64,000 nucleotides of DNA from Candidatus Latescibacterota bacterium. GTDB lineage: Bacteria > Latescibacterota > UBA2968 > UBA8231. A program made the position numbers and the translations under genes. Numbering within the stretch: the stretch's first letter is position 1; every line of letters starts with the position of its first letter. Below, piece by piece: positions 50,745 to 61,246 of the stretch. The stretch covers positions 256,001-320,000 of the forward strand of contig CBDCXV010000009.1 in the NCBI GenBank assembly GCA_965223905.1, read 5' to 3'. Below the pieces are notes generated by a model that was not told where the DNA came from, did no database searches, and saw only the letters and a list, made by a program, of their open reading frames with translations.

Positions 50745-52178
50745 ATGAATGAAAGAACCCTCCTCAGCCTGATCACCCTCGGCGAAGGCTTCACAACGGA
50801 GTTCAAGCGCTCTTTCCCCTCCGACCTGGGCACCGAAATCTGCGCCTTCGCGAATTCCACGGGCGGCGTAATTCTGCTCGGCGTGACGAACGAAGGGGAG
50901 ACCGTAGGCATTGGGAACCACAACAAGCTGAAATCGCAGGTCCAGTCTACCGCGCGTTCGGCGGAGCCACCGATTGCGGTCGAAGTGGAATCCGCCGGCG
51001 ACGTGCTCTGCGTGACCGTGCCCGAACAGCACGGAAAGCCCTATTCCTTCGGCGGAAGGTTCTACATCCGCCAAGGCGCCAATTCTCAGCAAATGTCCCG
51101 CGACGAAATCCGGGAGTTCTTCTACAAGGAAGGACTCATTCGCTTCGACGAGACGCCTTGCCAGCGCTTCGATCTCCAGCGCGATCTGACGCCGGAAGCG
51201 TGGTCTCGATTCGCCGGGCGGACTCGCATTCCGGACGACATGGAACCCTTGACGGCGCTGGAAAACCTGCATCTTGTCGTTGATGGAAAGATGACCCACG
51301 CCGGAGCGTGGCTGCTGGCGGACGATATCACCCGGTACAGCTTGCAGGCAGGGGTGACCTGCGCCCTGCTGCGGGGGGTGACCAAGACGCACATTCTCGA
51401 TCTCAAGAACTTCACCGGCGATCTCTACTCGATCTACGAGGATTGTGTGGCCTACGCACAGGCCAAGCTGAACACGGCGCTGATGCCGCACGTTCGCGGC
51501 AGGGATGAGCGTCTGGAGCTGCCCGAGGACGCGATTCGCGAAGCATTGGTGAACGCCATCGCGCACCGGGACTATCGATCTACCGCCAACGTACAGATGT
51601 ACGTGTTCCACGACCGGTTGGAAATCGTGACGCCGGGCGGGTTGCCCGCAGGAATGCGCGAAGAGGATCTGGGCGTCAAGAGCGTGCCGCGGAACCGGTT
51701 GCTGTTCGGGATGTTTCACCGCATGGGGATGGTGGAGCAGATCGGCAGCGGAATCAGGCGCATTCGACAGGAGTGCCGCGACTACGGGGTGGCGGAACCG
51801 GTGATCGAGGTATCCGAGCACTGGGTGACCATGACCTTTCAAAGGCCGTCCGCACAAATCGGTGAGCAAGTCACCGCGCATGTCAGGGCCCAAGTCCATG
51901 CAGGGCCAGAGTCAGGGCCAGAGTCAGGGCCAGAGTCAGGGCCAGAGTCACTGGAACTGCGCGTCCTGGCGCTACTGATCGAAGAACCTCTTTCGAGATC
52001 CGCCATAGCTGATGGTTTGGGACACCAATCCGTGTCGGCCGGCCTCAACAGAGTGATCCGCAACCTGGTGCGTGACAGGCGTATTGCGTACACGGTCCCG
52101 GACAAGCCGGGCAGCAGGCTTCAGAAGTACCGGATTACGCCAGCCGGGAGATCGGCGCTCGAAGAGTCAGCCAAGTGA
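50745..52178 (+). CDS. Schlafen/AlbA_2 + HATPase_c_4 + wHTH protein (paralog of 48142)
   Basis: GEGFTTEFKR, ICAFANSTGG, AIREALVNAIAHRDYRSTANVQ. Confidence 0.88.
   Translation: MNERTLLSLITLGEGFTTEFKRSFPSDLGTEICAFANSTGGVILLGVTNEGETVGIGNHNKLKSQVQSTARSAEPPIAVEVESAGDVLCVTVPEQHGKPYSFGGRFYIRQGANSQQMSRDEIREFFYKEGLIRFDETPCQRFDLQRDLTPEAWSRFAGRTRIPDDMEPLTALENLHLVVDGKMTHAGAWLLADDITRYSLQAGVTCALLRGVTKTHILDLKNFTGDLYSIYEDCVAYAQAKLNTALMPHVRGRDERLELPEDAIREALVNAIAHRDYRSTANVQMYVFHDRLEIVTPGGLPAGMREEDLGVKSVPRNRLLFGMFHRMGMVEQIGSGIRRIRQECRDYGVAEPVIEVSEHWVTMTFQRPSAQIGEQVTAHVRAQVHAGPESGPESGPESGPESLELRVLALLIEEPLSRSAIADGLGHQSVSAGLNRVIRNLVRDRRIAYTVPDKPGSRLQKYRITPAGRSALEESAK
51901..51948 (+). repeat. 12-bp coding tandem repeat x4 (GPES)
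   Basis: cagggccagagt x4. Confidence 0.95.
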
Positions 52179-52200
52179 GCCTCTCCCCCTGACAACACTC

Positions 52201-55200
52201 ATGCCCCAACTCGAACATATCGACGCCATCGAGAAGCGCCTCTGGGAAGCGGCGGACACGCTGCGGGCAAACTCCCCTTACGCCAGCAACGAGTACTTCC
52301 TGCCGGTCATGGGCCTGGTGTTCCTGCGCCACGCCTACAGCCGCTACCTGGCGGTCAAGGACAAAGTCGAAGCCAGCCTGCCGACCCGGGGCGGCAGGAA
52401 ACGGGCGCCGACCAGGGATGACTATTCCCGCCAGAGCGCCATCTTCCTGCGGCCCGAGGCCCAATTCGACAACCTGGTTGGCCTGCCGGACGGCGAGGAC
52501 CGCGCCAAGGCCGTCATCGCGGCGATGGACTCCATCGAGGAGGATTACCACAGCCTGCGCGGCGCCCTTCCCAAGGCCGAGTACCAGGAGCTTGACAACG
52601 ACGTTCTCGGCCAGCTCCTGCGCACGCTCAACCCCGACGAGCTGAAGCAGGTTTCGGGCGACGTCTTCGGACGCATCTACGAGTATTTCCTGACCAAGTT
52701 TGCGGATTTGAAAGCCCACGACGACGGTGAGTTCTTCACCCCCGTGTCGCTGGTCTCGCTGATCGCCCATGTGCTCGACCCCGACCGCGGCACCGTGCTC
52801 GACCCGGCCTGCGGTTCCGGCGGCATGTTCGTCCAAAGCGCCCGCACCGTGGAGGAGCACGGCAGCAGCCCTGCCGAGCGGCTTACCTTCCGCGGACTGG
52901 AAAAGAACGCCACCACCATCCGCATCGCCCGAATGAACCTCGCCGTCCACGGCCTCGAGGGGGACATCCGGCAGGCGATCACCTACTACGAGGATCCGCA
53001 TCAAATGGTGGGAAAGGCCGACTACGTGATGGCCAATCCCCCCTTCAACGTCGACGAGATCGACGCCGACAAGGTCGAGACCGACCCGCGCCTGCCGTTC
53101 GGCCTGCCCGGAGTCAACAAGAAGGAGAAGGTCTCCAACGGGAACTACGTCTGGATCAGCTACTTCTACAGCTACCTGAACGAGAAGGGGCGGGGCGGCT
53201 TCGTCATGTCGTCGCAGGCCTCCAGCGCCGGCGGCGGCGAGGCGCAGGTGCGGCGGAAGCTGATCGAGTCCGGCGACGTCGACGTGATGATCGCGGTGCG
53301 CTCCAACTTCTTCTACACCCGCACCGTGCCCTGCGAGCTGTGGTTCCTCAATCGCGACAAGCCCGGGGAGCTCCGCGACAAGGTGCTGATGATCGACGCC
53401 CGCAATGTCTATCGGAAGGTCACCCGCAAGATCTACGACTTCACCCCCGAGCAGGAGCAGAACCTGCTGGCCATCGTCTGGCTCTACCGGGGCGAAACGG
53501 CGCGCTATCTCGACCTTGTCTCCCAGTACCTGTGGGACGTTGCCGAGAATGGAAGGGCCTGTTACGAAGGAGTGAGCGTAAACGGCAGGACCTGCCGGCC
53601 CCTGCCGGAGTTCATGGAAGCCGTCGCCGCGCTTCGGAAGGAGCTGACCCCGTTCCTGAAGACCCGGCCGAGGATCGGCCCGCACGCCGAAATCTTCGCC
53701 GAGCTGGCGCAGGAGCAGAAGCAGTTCGGAGGCATCCTCAGGAGGTTCCAGGCTCGGGCCGCCAAGGCGGAGGAACAGTGGGAGCGGACTCCCGGCAGCA
53801 GGGCCGGATTGAACAAGCTGGTAGAGCGGTTCGCACCCCTGGCTGAGAGCAGCCACGACCTTGCCGGGCAGGCCGACCAGCTCTACAAGATTGCCGCGCG
53901 TCTGATCGAGACCTGCGAGCAGGGGGAGGACGCGAAGGCGAGCGACGCCTGGAACGGCCGCGGCATTACCCGGGCCCGCAAGGCCGTCGACGATGCCCTC
54001 CGGCAGGCCATCGAGCAGCTCGAACAGGTGCGCTACTTGCACCGGCAGGCGCGCTGGCTCACGGAGCGTTTCCCCGAGGGCGAGTTGCGCGACGTGGAAG
54101 GGCTGGTCAAGCTGGTGGACCGTGCCGAGATCGAGGCCAACGACTGGAGTCTGACTCCGGGCCGCTACGTCGGGGTCGCTCCAGAGGAGGAGGACGAGGA
54201 TTTTGATTTCAAGGAGGCTTTGCGGGAGGGTGTCTTAGCTGATTGTTACGGTTTCGGTGGTTGTTTTTAGGTTTTCTCGGTACTGCTGAAAGACCCGGTC
54301 AAGCGTTCCATTGTACAAGGCGCAGCGCAGGGCCAGAATGGCGTTGCTGTTTTCCTTATACCACCAAGCGCCCGACCGTTTCAGACGAACGTGGCCGATG
54401 AAGCGATGCGCCGATTCGATCGCCCCCGACCCGATCGGGTATCCGCCCTTGCGATGGCTGCCGAAATCGACCTGGTGCAGTCGCTTTTGCAGGTAGGTCA
54501 AGGCCGTGCCGATGGCCTCTCCGGCCTCTTCCGAGAGCGGCTGCATGCGCTGCAGACCCCAGACCACGCCGCTGCCCTCGCCGCAGAACAGGCGCGCCAG
54601 GGTCGCTTCCAGCCAATGGGCAGCACGCGCCGCATCGGCGCCGTATTGGGCCTCGGCCACCGCGTGCAGGTAGCTGCTGCAATGGTAGTAGTCGAGGATC
54701 TGACGGGCGCTCGGGAACAGCTCTTCCACCCACTTCCAGATCCACGGAGCGCCATCTCCGATGGCACACAAGCGCACCTGATCCTCCGGGATCAGCCCCG
54801 CCTCCTTGACCTGGCGCAAGGCCGCGCCGAAGGCCTGTTCGTTGCCCATCTGGTGCCAGGAGATCAGCTGCTCGATGCGCTCATCGTCTATCAGGTAGAA
54901 GCGAAAGCCCTTGGCTTCGTGGTATTCCCCCTGCCAACGCCTTCGCCGAGCCCGGCTCTTCTTGCGTCCGGGACGGGTGCCTTTGGCGGTCTGGGGACGA
55001 CTGGGCACGTCGGCCGCGTCGATGGCCAACACCACGATCGGCCGCCACTTGCGACCGGCGGCGGCTTGCGCAATGCGATCCTGGATATCGGCCGCGTCCG
55101 GACACACCTGCAGCACGTCCAACGACCCGGTCTGTTGCAGCACCTCGTGAATCACACAATCGCTCATCGACGCGTCGGTGAGCTCGTCCAACAGTTCGGC

Positions 55201-55898
55201 GGCGCGCCGGTGGGGCATCTCCAGCCCCAGCTTGACCCCGGCCTGCTGCACGTCCCACTGCTTGCGCTGCGCCGACAGGCCCAGGGCCTCGTCCAGCGGA
55301 TAGAACCCGTGGTGACAGCCAACGCAGTAGAAATAGGGACGCTCCAAGGTCACCGGCCCGAGCAGCGTCTCCACCGTGCGCGAGCGAGACGGGCGCGCTC
55401 GCAGCAGGCCTTTGCACTTGGGGCAGGCCGCCTCTTCCTGGGCCAGGAAATGGCCGTGGCGGCGTTCGACGAAGGCTTCCACCAAGGCCGCGGTGAGCCC
55501 GGAGCGCTCTTGAGACATCGCCGCGGTGATCTCCAGCAACGTCGGCGCACAAGATCCGCGCGCGCTCATTTGCGTCTCCACCCGATCCAGCCATTGGTCC
55601 AAGGCTTCATGCGCCCGGCTTCGAAAGCGGTCCTGACTCTGCCGCTCCTGAAAAACTTCCAGAGAGAGAATCGCACTCATCGCTCCCCTTCTTTCTGAAA
55701 TCAGGGGAGCGCGCCGCAGGGGATGCGGAAAAAGAAAGCAACTTACTGTAAAATATACACATACGCACCTGAATTGCGCTATAACAATTACTTAAGACGC
55801 CCTTGCGGGAGATCCACCTTGAGCTGGAAGACCTCAATGCCGAGGCAGTGGTGCTGGCGGAGAAGATCAGGAAGAACTTCGAGGAGCTGGGGGTATGA
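52201..55898 (+). CDS. hsdM: Type I R-M methyltransferase subunit, interrupted near its 3' end by an IS
   Basis: GEFFTP, LDPACGSGGM, ANPPFN; removing the IS and one TSD restores ...KEALREIHLELEDLN...NFEELGV*. Confidence 0.93.
54228..55802 (-). mobile_element. IS copy 1 (ISKra4/ISLre2-like, Mutator superfamily), 1575 bp
   Basis: Ends GGGTGTCTTAGCTGATTGTTA / TAACAATTACTTAAGACGCCC; 8-bp TSD TTGCGGGA. Confidence 0.95.
54235..55680 (-). CDS. tnp: DDE transposase (UPF0236/ISKra4-like)
   Basis: CPKC zinc knuckle, AIDAA, GDGAPWIW, ILDYYH, GYPIGSGAIESAHR. Confidence 0.93.
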   Translation of the reverse strand: MSAILSLEVFQERQSQDRFRSRAHEALDQWLDRVETQMSARGSCAPTLLEITAAMSQERSGLTAALVEAFVERRHGHFLAQEEAACPKCKGLLRARPSRSRTVETLLGPVTLERPYFYCVGCHHGFYPLDEALGLSAQRKQWDVQQAGVKLGLEMPHRRAAELLDELTDASMSDCVIHEVLQQTGSLDVLQVCPDAADIQDRIAQAAAGRKWRPIVVLAIDAADVPSRPQTAKGTRPGRKKSRARRRRWQGEYHEAKGFRFYLIDDERIEQLISWHQMGNEQAFGAALRQVKEAGLIPEDQVRLCAIGDGAPWIWKWVEELFPSARQILDYYHCSSYLHAVAEAQYGADAARAAHWLEATLARLFCGEGSGVVWGLQRMQPLSEEAGEAIGTALTYLQKRLHQVDFGSHRKGGYPIGSGAIESAHRFIGHVRLKRSGAWWYKENSNAILALRCALYNGTLDRVFQQYRENLKTTTETVTIS

Positions 55899-56052
55899 AG
55901 AAGCGAACCAACCTGTGGTCAGGCGGTTCTGGGGAGATCTTCCCGGCAATGCCCACAATAATGACCAAGCCGTCATTTAAGGTTGCTTGCACAAATCCTT
56001 TGATTGTTTGATGATGGGCAATACCAGGTAGCCTTTGGGGAGTCGAGGAGGA

Positions 56053-57270
56053 ATGAGTTGGCACGAAATCAGGCTTGGTGATGCAATCAAGGTGAAGCAC
56101 GGTTTTGCATTCAAGAGTCAGTATTTCTCTGATACCGGGGAATTCGTTGTCCTAACTCCCGGCAACTTCAACGAAGCGGGTGGATTCCGTGTGCGAGCTG
56201 GTAAGGATCGATTCTATGTGGGGGATATTCCGGAGGGGTATGTGTTGAAGGAAGGAGACCTCATCGTCGCAATGACGGAACAGGGCCCTGGTCTTCTTGG
56301 AAGTTCTGCCTTGGTTCCGGAAAGTGGGAAATACCTCCACAACCAACGTCTGGGCTTAATCCAGAATACAAAAAGCAGGATCCTGGACAAAAACTTTCTC
56401 TACTACCTCTTCAACACCAGAGAAGTTCGTGGGCAAATCAGCGCTAGCGCAAGCGGTACGAAAGTTAGACATACGGCTCCGGAACGAATTTACCGGGTCA
56501 AGATTATTGTTCCAGGTATCAAGAAGCAGCGGCGAATCGTTTCTATCCTTTCCTCCTACGACGATTTGATCGAAATCAATCGGCGCCGGATTCAGCTGTT
56601 GAAGAAGGCGGCGCGGTTGCTCTACAAGGAGTGGTTTATCCACCTTCGCTTCCCCGGACATGAGTATGTCCAGGTCAAGGACGGGGTGCATAAGGGCTGG
56701 GAGAGGAAGAGTGCCCTTGATGTGATGGATGTCATGAGTGGGGGAACCCCTAAGGTGGGTGTGCCGGATTATTGGGGTGGTGAGATTCCCTTCTTTACGT
56801 CAAAGGATACCACAGATTACCCATACGTTTTCGGAACAGAAAGAACGATTACGGAAGAGGGGTTACGTAATTGTAACAGTAGGCTTTATCCAAAGGACAC
56901 CATTTTTATTACCGCACGAGGAACAGTTGGAAAAATTAACCTCGCCCAGACAAATATGGCAATGAATCAATCATGCTATGCTCTGGTGGCCAAGCCACCG
57001 CTGGATCAGGAATTCCTGTACTTCGCACTAGAGGAAAACATCGACCAATTTCGTAGCCGTGCAGTAGGCGCGATTTTCGATGCGATCATACGAGACACTT
57101 TTAAGCTGATTCCATTTTTAGTTCCTGATAGTAGATCAATAAAAAGATTCGGAGGCGTCATATCGCCGACTTTAAAGCAAATCGACATCCTTTCTACTCA
57201 ATTAAGGAAGCTAGTCAAAGCTCGATCTATCATCTTGCCACGGCTAATTTGTGGAAAGATGGAGACATGA
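56053..57270 (+). CDS. hsdS: Type I R-M specificity subunit
   Basis: KHGFAFKS, QRRIVSILSSYDDLIEINRRRI, LYKEWFIHLRFPG, SGGTP, ILPRLICG; RBS GGAGG. Confidence 0.93.
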   Translation: MSWHEIRLGDAIKVKHGFAFKSQYFSDTGEFVVLTPGNFNEAGGFRVRAGKDRFYVGDIPEGYVLKEGDLIVAMTEQGPGLLGSSALVPESGKYLHNQRLGLIQNTKSRILDKNFLYYLFNTREVRGQISASASGTKVRHTAPERIYRVKIIVPGIKKQRRIVSILSSYDDLIEINRRRIQLLKKAARLLYKEWFIHLRFPGHEYVQVKDGVHKGWERKSALDVMDVMSGGTPKVGVPDYWGGEIPFFTSKDTTDYPYVFGTERTITEEGLRNCNSRLYPKDTIFITARGTVGKINLAQTNMAMNQSCYALVAKPPLDQEFLYFALEENIDQFRSRAVGAIFDAIIRDTFKLIPFLVPDSRSIKRFGGVISPTLKQIDILSTQLRKLVKARSIILPRLICGKMET

Positions 57271-57383
57271 AGCAGGGGTACCTTTTCATCCTTTTTGCCC
57301 GCTGAATAAATAATTGCCAATCCCTGTTCCGTGGTAGGGCTGCTCAAACAGTTTTCCACCCTAATAAAGAAATCTGGAAGAAT

Positions 57384-60300
57384 ATGAGTATCAAACACAT
57401 TTTCATTTCACATGCTGCGGAGGATGGGGAAATTGCTACTGAGTTAGAAGAACATCTGCGTAATGCCGGCCATGAGACCAAGATCGACACCCAGGTACTT
57501 AGTCTTGGAGACAATGCCATTTCCTTTATGAATGATGGAATCGCGGATGCGGCTGCAGTCATTATTCTCTTCTCAGAGCATACCCCTAATGCGAAGTGGC
57601 AGAACCTCGAAATCGATGCCGCAGTTTGGAACCAAGTCGCTCAGTCTGGGGGGAGATGTATTGTCGTCCGCCTGGACGATACCCCGATACCACCTTTGCT
57701 TGGTCCAAAGGTGTATGGAATGCTAGAGAAAGGAGATCAAGAATCTCTAAGAAGGTTAGTGGAAGACATTTGCGGCGAACTATTTAGCGAACAGACAACC
57801 TCGTCGTTGGTTGCCGAGGCTTTCACACCCAACTCACAAAATCCCTTTCGACACCTTAGAGCCGAATTTTTCGAGAACCAGCCAGAGCTTCACGCAAAGA
57901 CATTCGCGCTACCAGAGGCCATAAAAGTGGGAGCGCTCGAGGATATGAAACCGTGCATTCTAGAAGGATCGAGAGGAACGGGTAAATCGATGCTATTGCT
58001 GTCGTTAAGGGCGCGCAATTTTTTACAACGGAGTCCCAGTGAAAGAAGTGCCCCCCAACGCTTCGGTTTTTACTTGAAACTTACCCGCGGGGCGATCTGT
58101 AATGCAGGGGTCCGTTTCGAGGATGATCACCTAAATTCAACAATTAACACCGACGTTCTCGTAGACGTGGGTGCCCAAGAATTGTATCTACAGATAATGG
58201 AGAGTTTGTTATCCGAACTGGTATATTGCGTCGAACACAATTTGGTCAATCGCGACGGACTTGTTGAACGGAATTTCTGCGAAGCAGCCGACGAACTGCT
58301 GTTCGAATCTAAGGGAGAAAAGCCTATTTCCTTCGTCGAATTGCAAGTCAAACTCTCCGATATGCACAAACGGCTGGCTAATTTTATCCGCCGTAAGTTC
58401 ATTTATGAGGAATCCGTCTCGGTACCGATAGCTACTCTGGACTTGGAACAACTGAAACGTATCATAGCTTTATTACGACACCACACCCCATCCCTTGAAG
58501 AGTCGATTTTTGTTGTATTGCTTGATGAGTATGAGAACCTTTTCCCATATCAGAGACGGATAGTAAATAGCCTGGTCAAACTAGGTCCTCCACATATTTC
58601 AATCAAAATTGCAAAGAAGCTTGCAAGCGGAGATATCCCAGGAACCACGACTGGGCAAGAATTACAAGAGATACACGACTATACGAGAGTACCATTGGTG
58701 TACAACCTTGAAGACACAGCGGAAAGAAAGGCCTACCATGAACTACTGCGCCACATCGTAACAAACATGGCTATGCTTGAAAGTTCCCTCTCCGTTGATG
58801 TGGATAAACTTCTCCCTCACTTTTGCGATTCCGAAGTCGATGAGTCCTTATGGATAGAAGAACTGGTTAGACTCCAAAAGATCAGCCTCGATGAATTTGA
58901 GAATTTGCCAACTAAGGAGCAGCGGGAAAAGAGAACCTACTATGGTGAAGCAGCGACGTATCGGGTCCTTCTTGGAAGGCGTGGCCGGCATGCTGAGAAG
59001 CGGTTTGCCGGGTTCAAAGAGCTCGCGCTTTTAGGATCTGGAGTTATCCGCTATTTTCAAGAATTTCTGAGTGTTGGCTACCATCTTACCTTCGGGGGCA
59101 ATTCACCGCCCAAGGGAATTCTAACAATTCCACCAGACCAACAATCCAGGGCTGTCCATATCGTCTCTCAGCATAACCTTACGACGCTCAGCAAAAATGT
59201 AGAGCGTCACGGTGAGGAGCTGCGGTATTTCCTCCTGGACCTCGGTGATTGTTTAAGGCACAAATTGCTCAAGCACACAAGCGAACCGGAGGCTGCTCGA
59301 CTGACGATAGAGGATCCTGAGATGTTGGAAAAAACCACCATGGAAACGTTGAAACATATCCTTGCGGTTGGGGAAGGAGAGGGGGTGTTTCAAACCAAGG
59401 AGGGGCTTCCTGCATTCAAGCCTAAGCACGGGTCCGATCCTCAACCCACAGAATTCAATATTTGTCGAGTTTATGCCCCTGTCCTCCAAATCAGCCCACG
59501 ACTTCGCTGGAGAACGAACGTGAAGTGCAGGCACTTACAGCGTTTCCTTGAACCTGGAAAGGGGTGTCTTAGCTGATTGTTACGGTTTCGGTGGTTGTTT
59601 TTAGGTTTTCTCGGTACTGCTGAAAGACCCGGTCAAGCGTTCCATTGTACAAGGCGCAGCGCAGGGCCAGAATGGCGTTGCTGTTTTCCTTATACCACCA
59701 AGCGCCCGACCGTTTCAGACGAACGTGGCCGATGAAGCGATGCGCCGATTCGATCGCCCCCGACCCGATCGGGTATCCGCCCTTGCGATGGCTGCCGAAA
59801 TCGACCTGGTGCAGTCGCTTTTGCAGGTAGGTCAAGGCCGTGCCGATGGCCTCTCCGGCCTCTTCCGAGAGCGGCTGCATGCGCTGCAGACCCCAGACCA
59901 CGCCGCTGCCCTCGCCGCAGAACAGGCGCGCCAGGGTCGCTTCCAGCCAATGGGCAGCACGCGCCGCATCGGCGCCGTATTGGGCCTCGGCCACCGCGTG
60001 CAGGTAGCTGCTGCAATGGTAGTAGTCGAGGATCTGACGGGCGCTCGGGAACAGCTCTTCCACCCACTTCCAGATCCACGGAGCGCCATCTCCGATGGCA
60101 CACAAGCGCACCTGATCCTCCGGGATCAGCCCCGCCTCCTTGACCTGGCGCAAGGCCGCGCCGAAGGCCTGTTCGTTGCCCATCTGGTGCCAGGAGATCA
60201 GCTGCTCGATGCGCTCATCGTCTATCAGGTAGAAGCGAAAGCCCTTGGCTTCGTGGTATTCCCCCTGCCAACGCCTTCGCCGAGCCCGGCTCTTCTTGCG

Positions 60301-61246
60301 TCCGGGACGGGTGCCTTTGGCGGTCTGGGGACGACTGGGCACGTCGGCCGCGTCGATGGCCAACACCACGATCGGCCGCCACTTGCGACCGGCGGCGGCT
60401 TGCGCAATGCGATCCTGGATATCGGCCGCGTCCGGACACACCTGCAGCACGTCCAACGACCCGGTCTGTTGCAGCACCTCGTGAATCACACAATCGCTCA
60501 TCGACGCGTCGGTGAGCTCGTCCAACAGTTCGGCGGCGCGCCGGTGGGGCATCTCCAGCCCCAGCTTGACCCCGGCCTGCTGCACGTCCCACTGCTTGCG
60601 CTGCGCCGACAGGCCCAGGGCCTCGTCCAGCGGATAGAACCCGTGGTGACAGCCAACGCAGTAGAAATAGGGACGCTCCAAGGTCACCGGCCCGAGCAGC
60701 GTCTCCACCGTGCGCGAGCAAGACGGGCGCGCTCGCAGCAGGCCTTTGCACTTGGGGCAGGCCGCCTCTTCCTGGGCCAGGAAATGGCCGTGGCGGCGTT
60801 CGACGAAGGCTTCCACCAAGGCCGCGGTGAGCCCGGAGCGCTCTTGAGACATCGCCGCGGTGATCTCCAGCAACGTCGGCGCACAAGATCCGCGCGCGCT
60901 CATTTGCGTCTCCACCCGATCCAGCCATTGGTCCAAGGCTTCATGCGCCCGGCTTCGAAAGCGGTCCTGACTCTGCCGCTCCTGAAAAACTTCCAGAGAG
61001 AGAATCGCACTCATCGCTCCCCTTCTTTCTGAAATCAGGGGAGCGCGCCGCAGGGGATGCGGAAAAAGAAAGCAACTTACTGTAAAATATACACATACGC
61101 ACCTGAATTGCGCTATAACAATTACTTAAGACGCCCCTGGAAAGAGGGCTCAAGCGATTCGAGAATTAAAGAACACTGTAGCGAAGCCCGCAAAAGACCC
61201 AGCCACACAAGAGAGTTTGGTCCTTCAACCGGGAAGACAAAAGTGA
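57384..61246 (+). CDS. TIR domain + STAND/ORC-CDC6-like P-loop NTPase, interrupted near its 3' end by an IS
   Basis: TIR motifs IFISHAAED and KWQNLE; Walker A GSRGTGKS; Walker B VVLLDEYEN; restored end ...EPGKRAQAIRELK...GRQK*. Confidence 0.85.
59562..61136 (-). mobile_element. IS copy 2, 1575 bp
   Basis: Same terminal inverted repeats; 8-bp TSD CTGGAAAG. Confidence 0.95.
59569..61014 (-). CDS. tnp: DDE transposase (copy 2)
   Basis: Matches copy 1 except RPSR to RPSC. Confidence 0.93.
   Translation of the reverse strand: MSAILSLEVFQERQSQDRFRSRAHEALDQWLDRVETQMSARGSCAPTLLEITAAMSQERSGLTAALVEAFVERRHGHFLAQEEAACPKCKGLLRARPSCSRTVETLLGPVTLERPYFYCVGCHHGFYPLDEALGLSAQRKQWDVQQAGVKLGLEMPHRRAAELLDELTDASMSDCVIHEVLQQTGSLDVLQVCPDAADIQDRIAQAAAGRKWRPIVVLAIDAADVPSRPQTAKGTRPGRKKSRARRRRWQGEYHEAKGFRFYLIDDERIEQLISWHQMGNEQAFGAALRQVKEAGLIPEDQVRLCAIGDGAPWIWKWVEELFPSARQILDYYHCSSYLHAVAEAQYGADAARAAHWLEATLARLFCGEGSGVVWGLQRMQPLSEEAGEAIGTALTYLQKRLHQVDFGSHRKGGYPIGSGAIESAHRFIGHVRLKRSGAWWYKENSNAILALRCALYNGTLDRVFQQYRENLKTTTETVTIS

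Noticed and set aside
54391-55698. 435-aa plus-strand ORF within each IS
   Set aside because: Antisense shadow of the transposase with no motifs.
55895-56011. Short ORF overlapping the hsdM stop
   Set aside because: Only 38 codons with no recognisable similarity; possibly a cargo remnant but unsupported.
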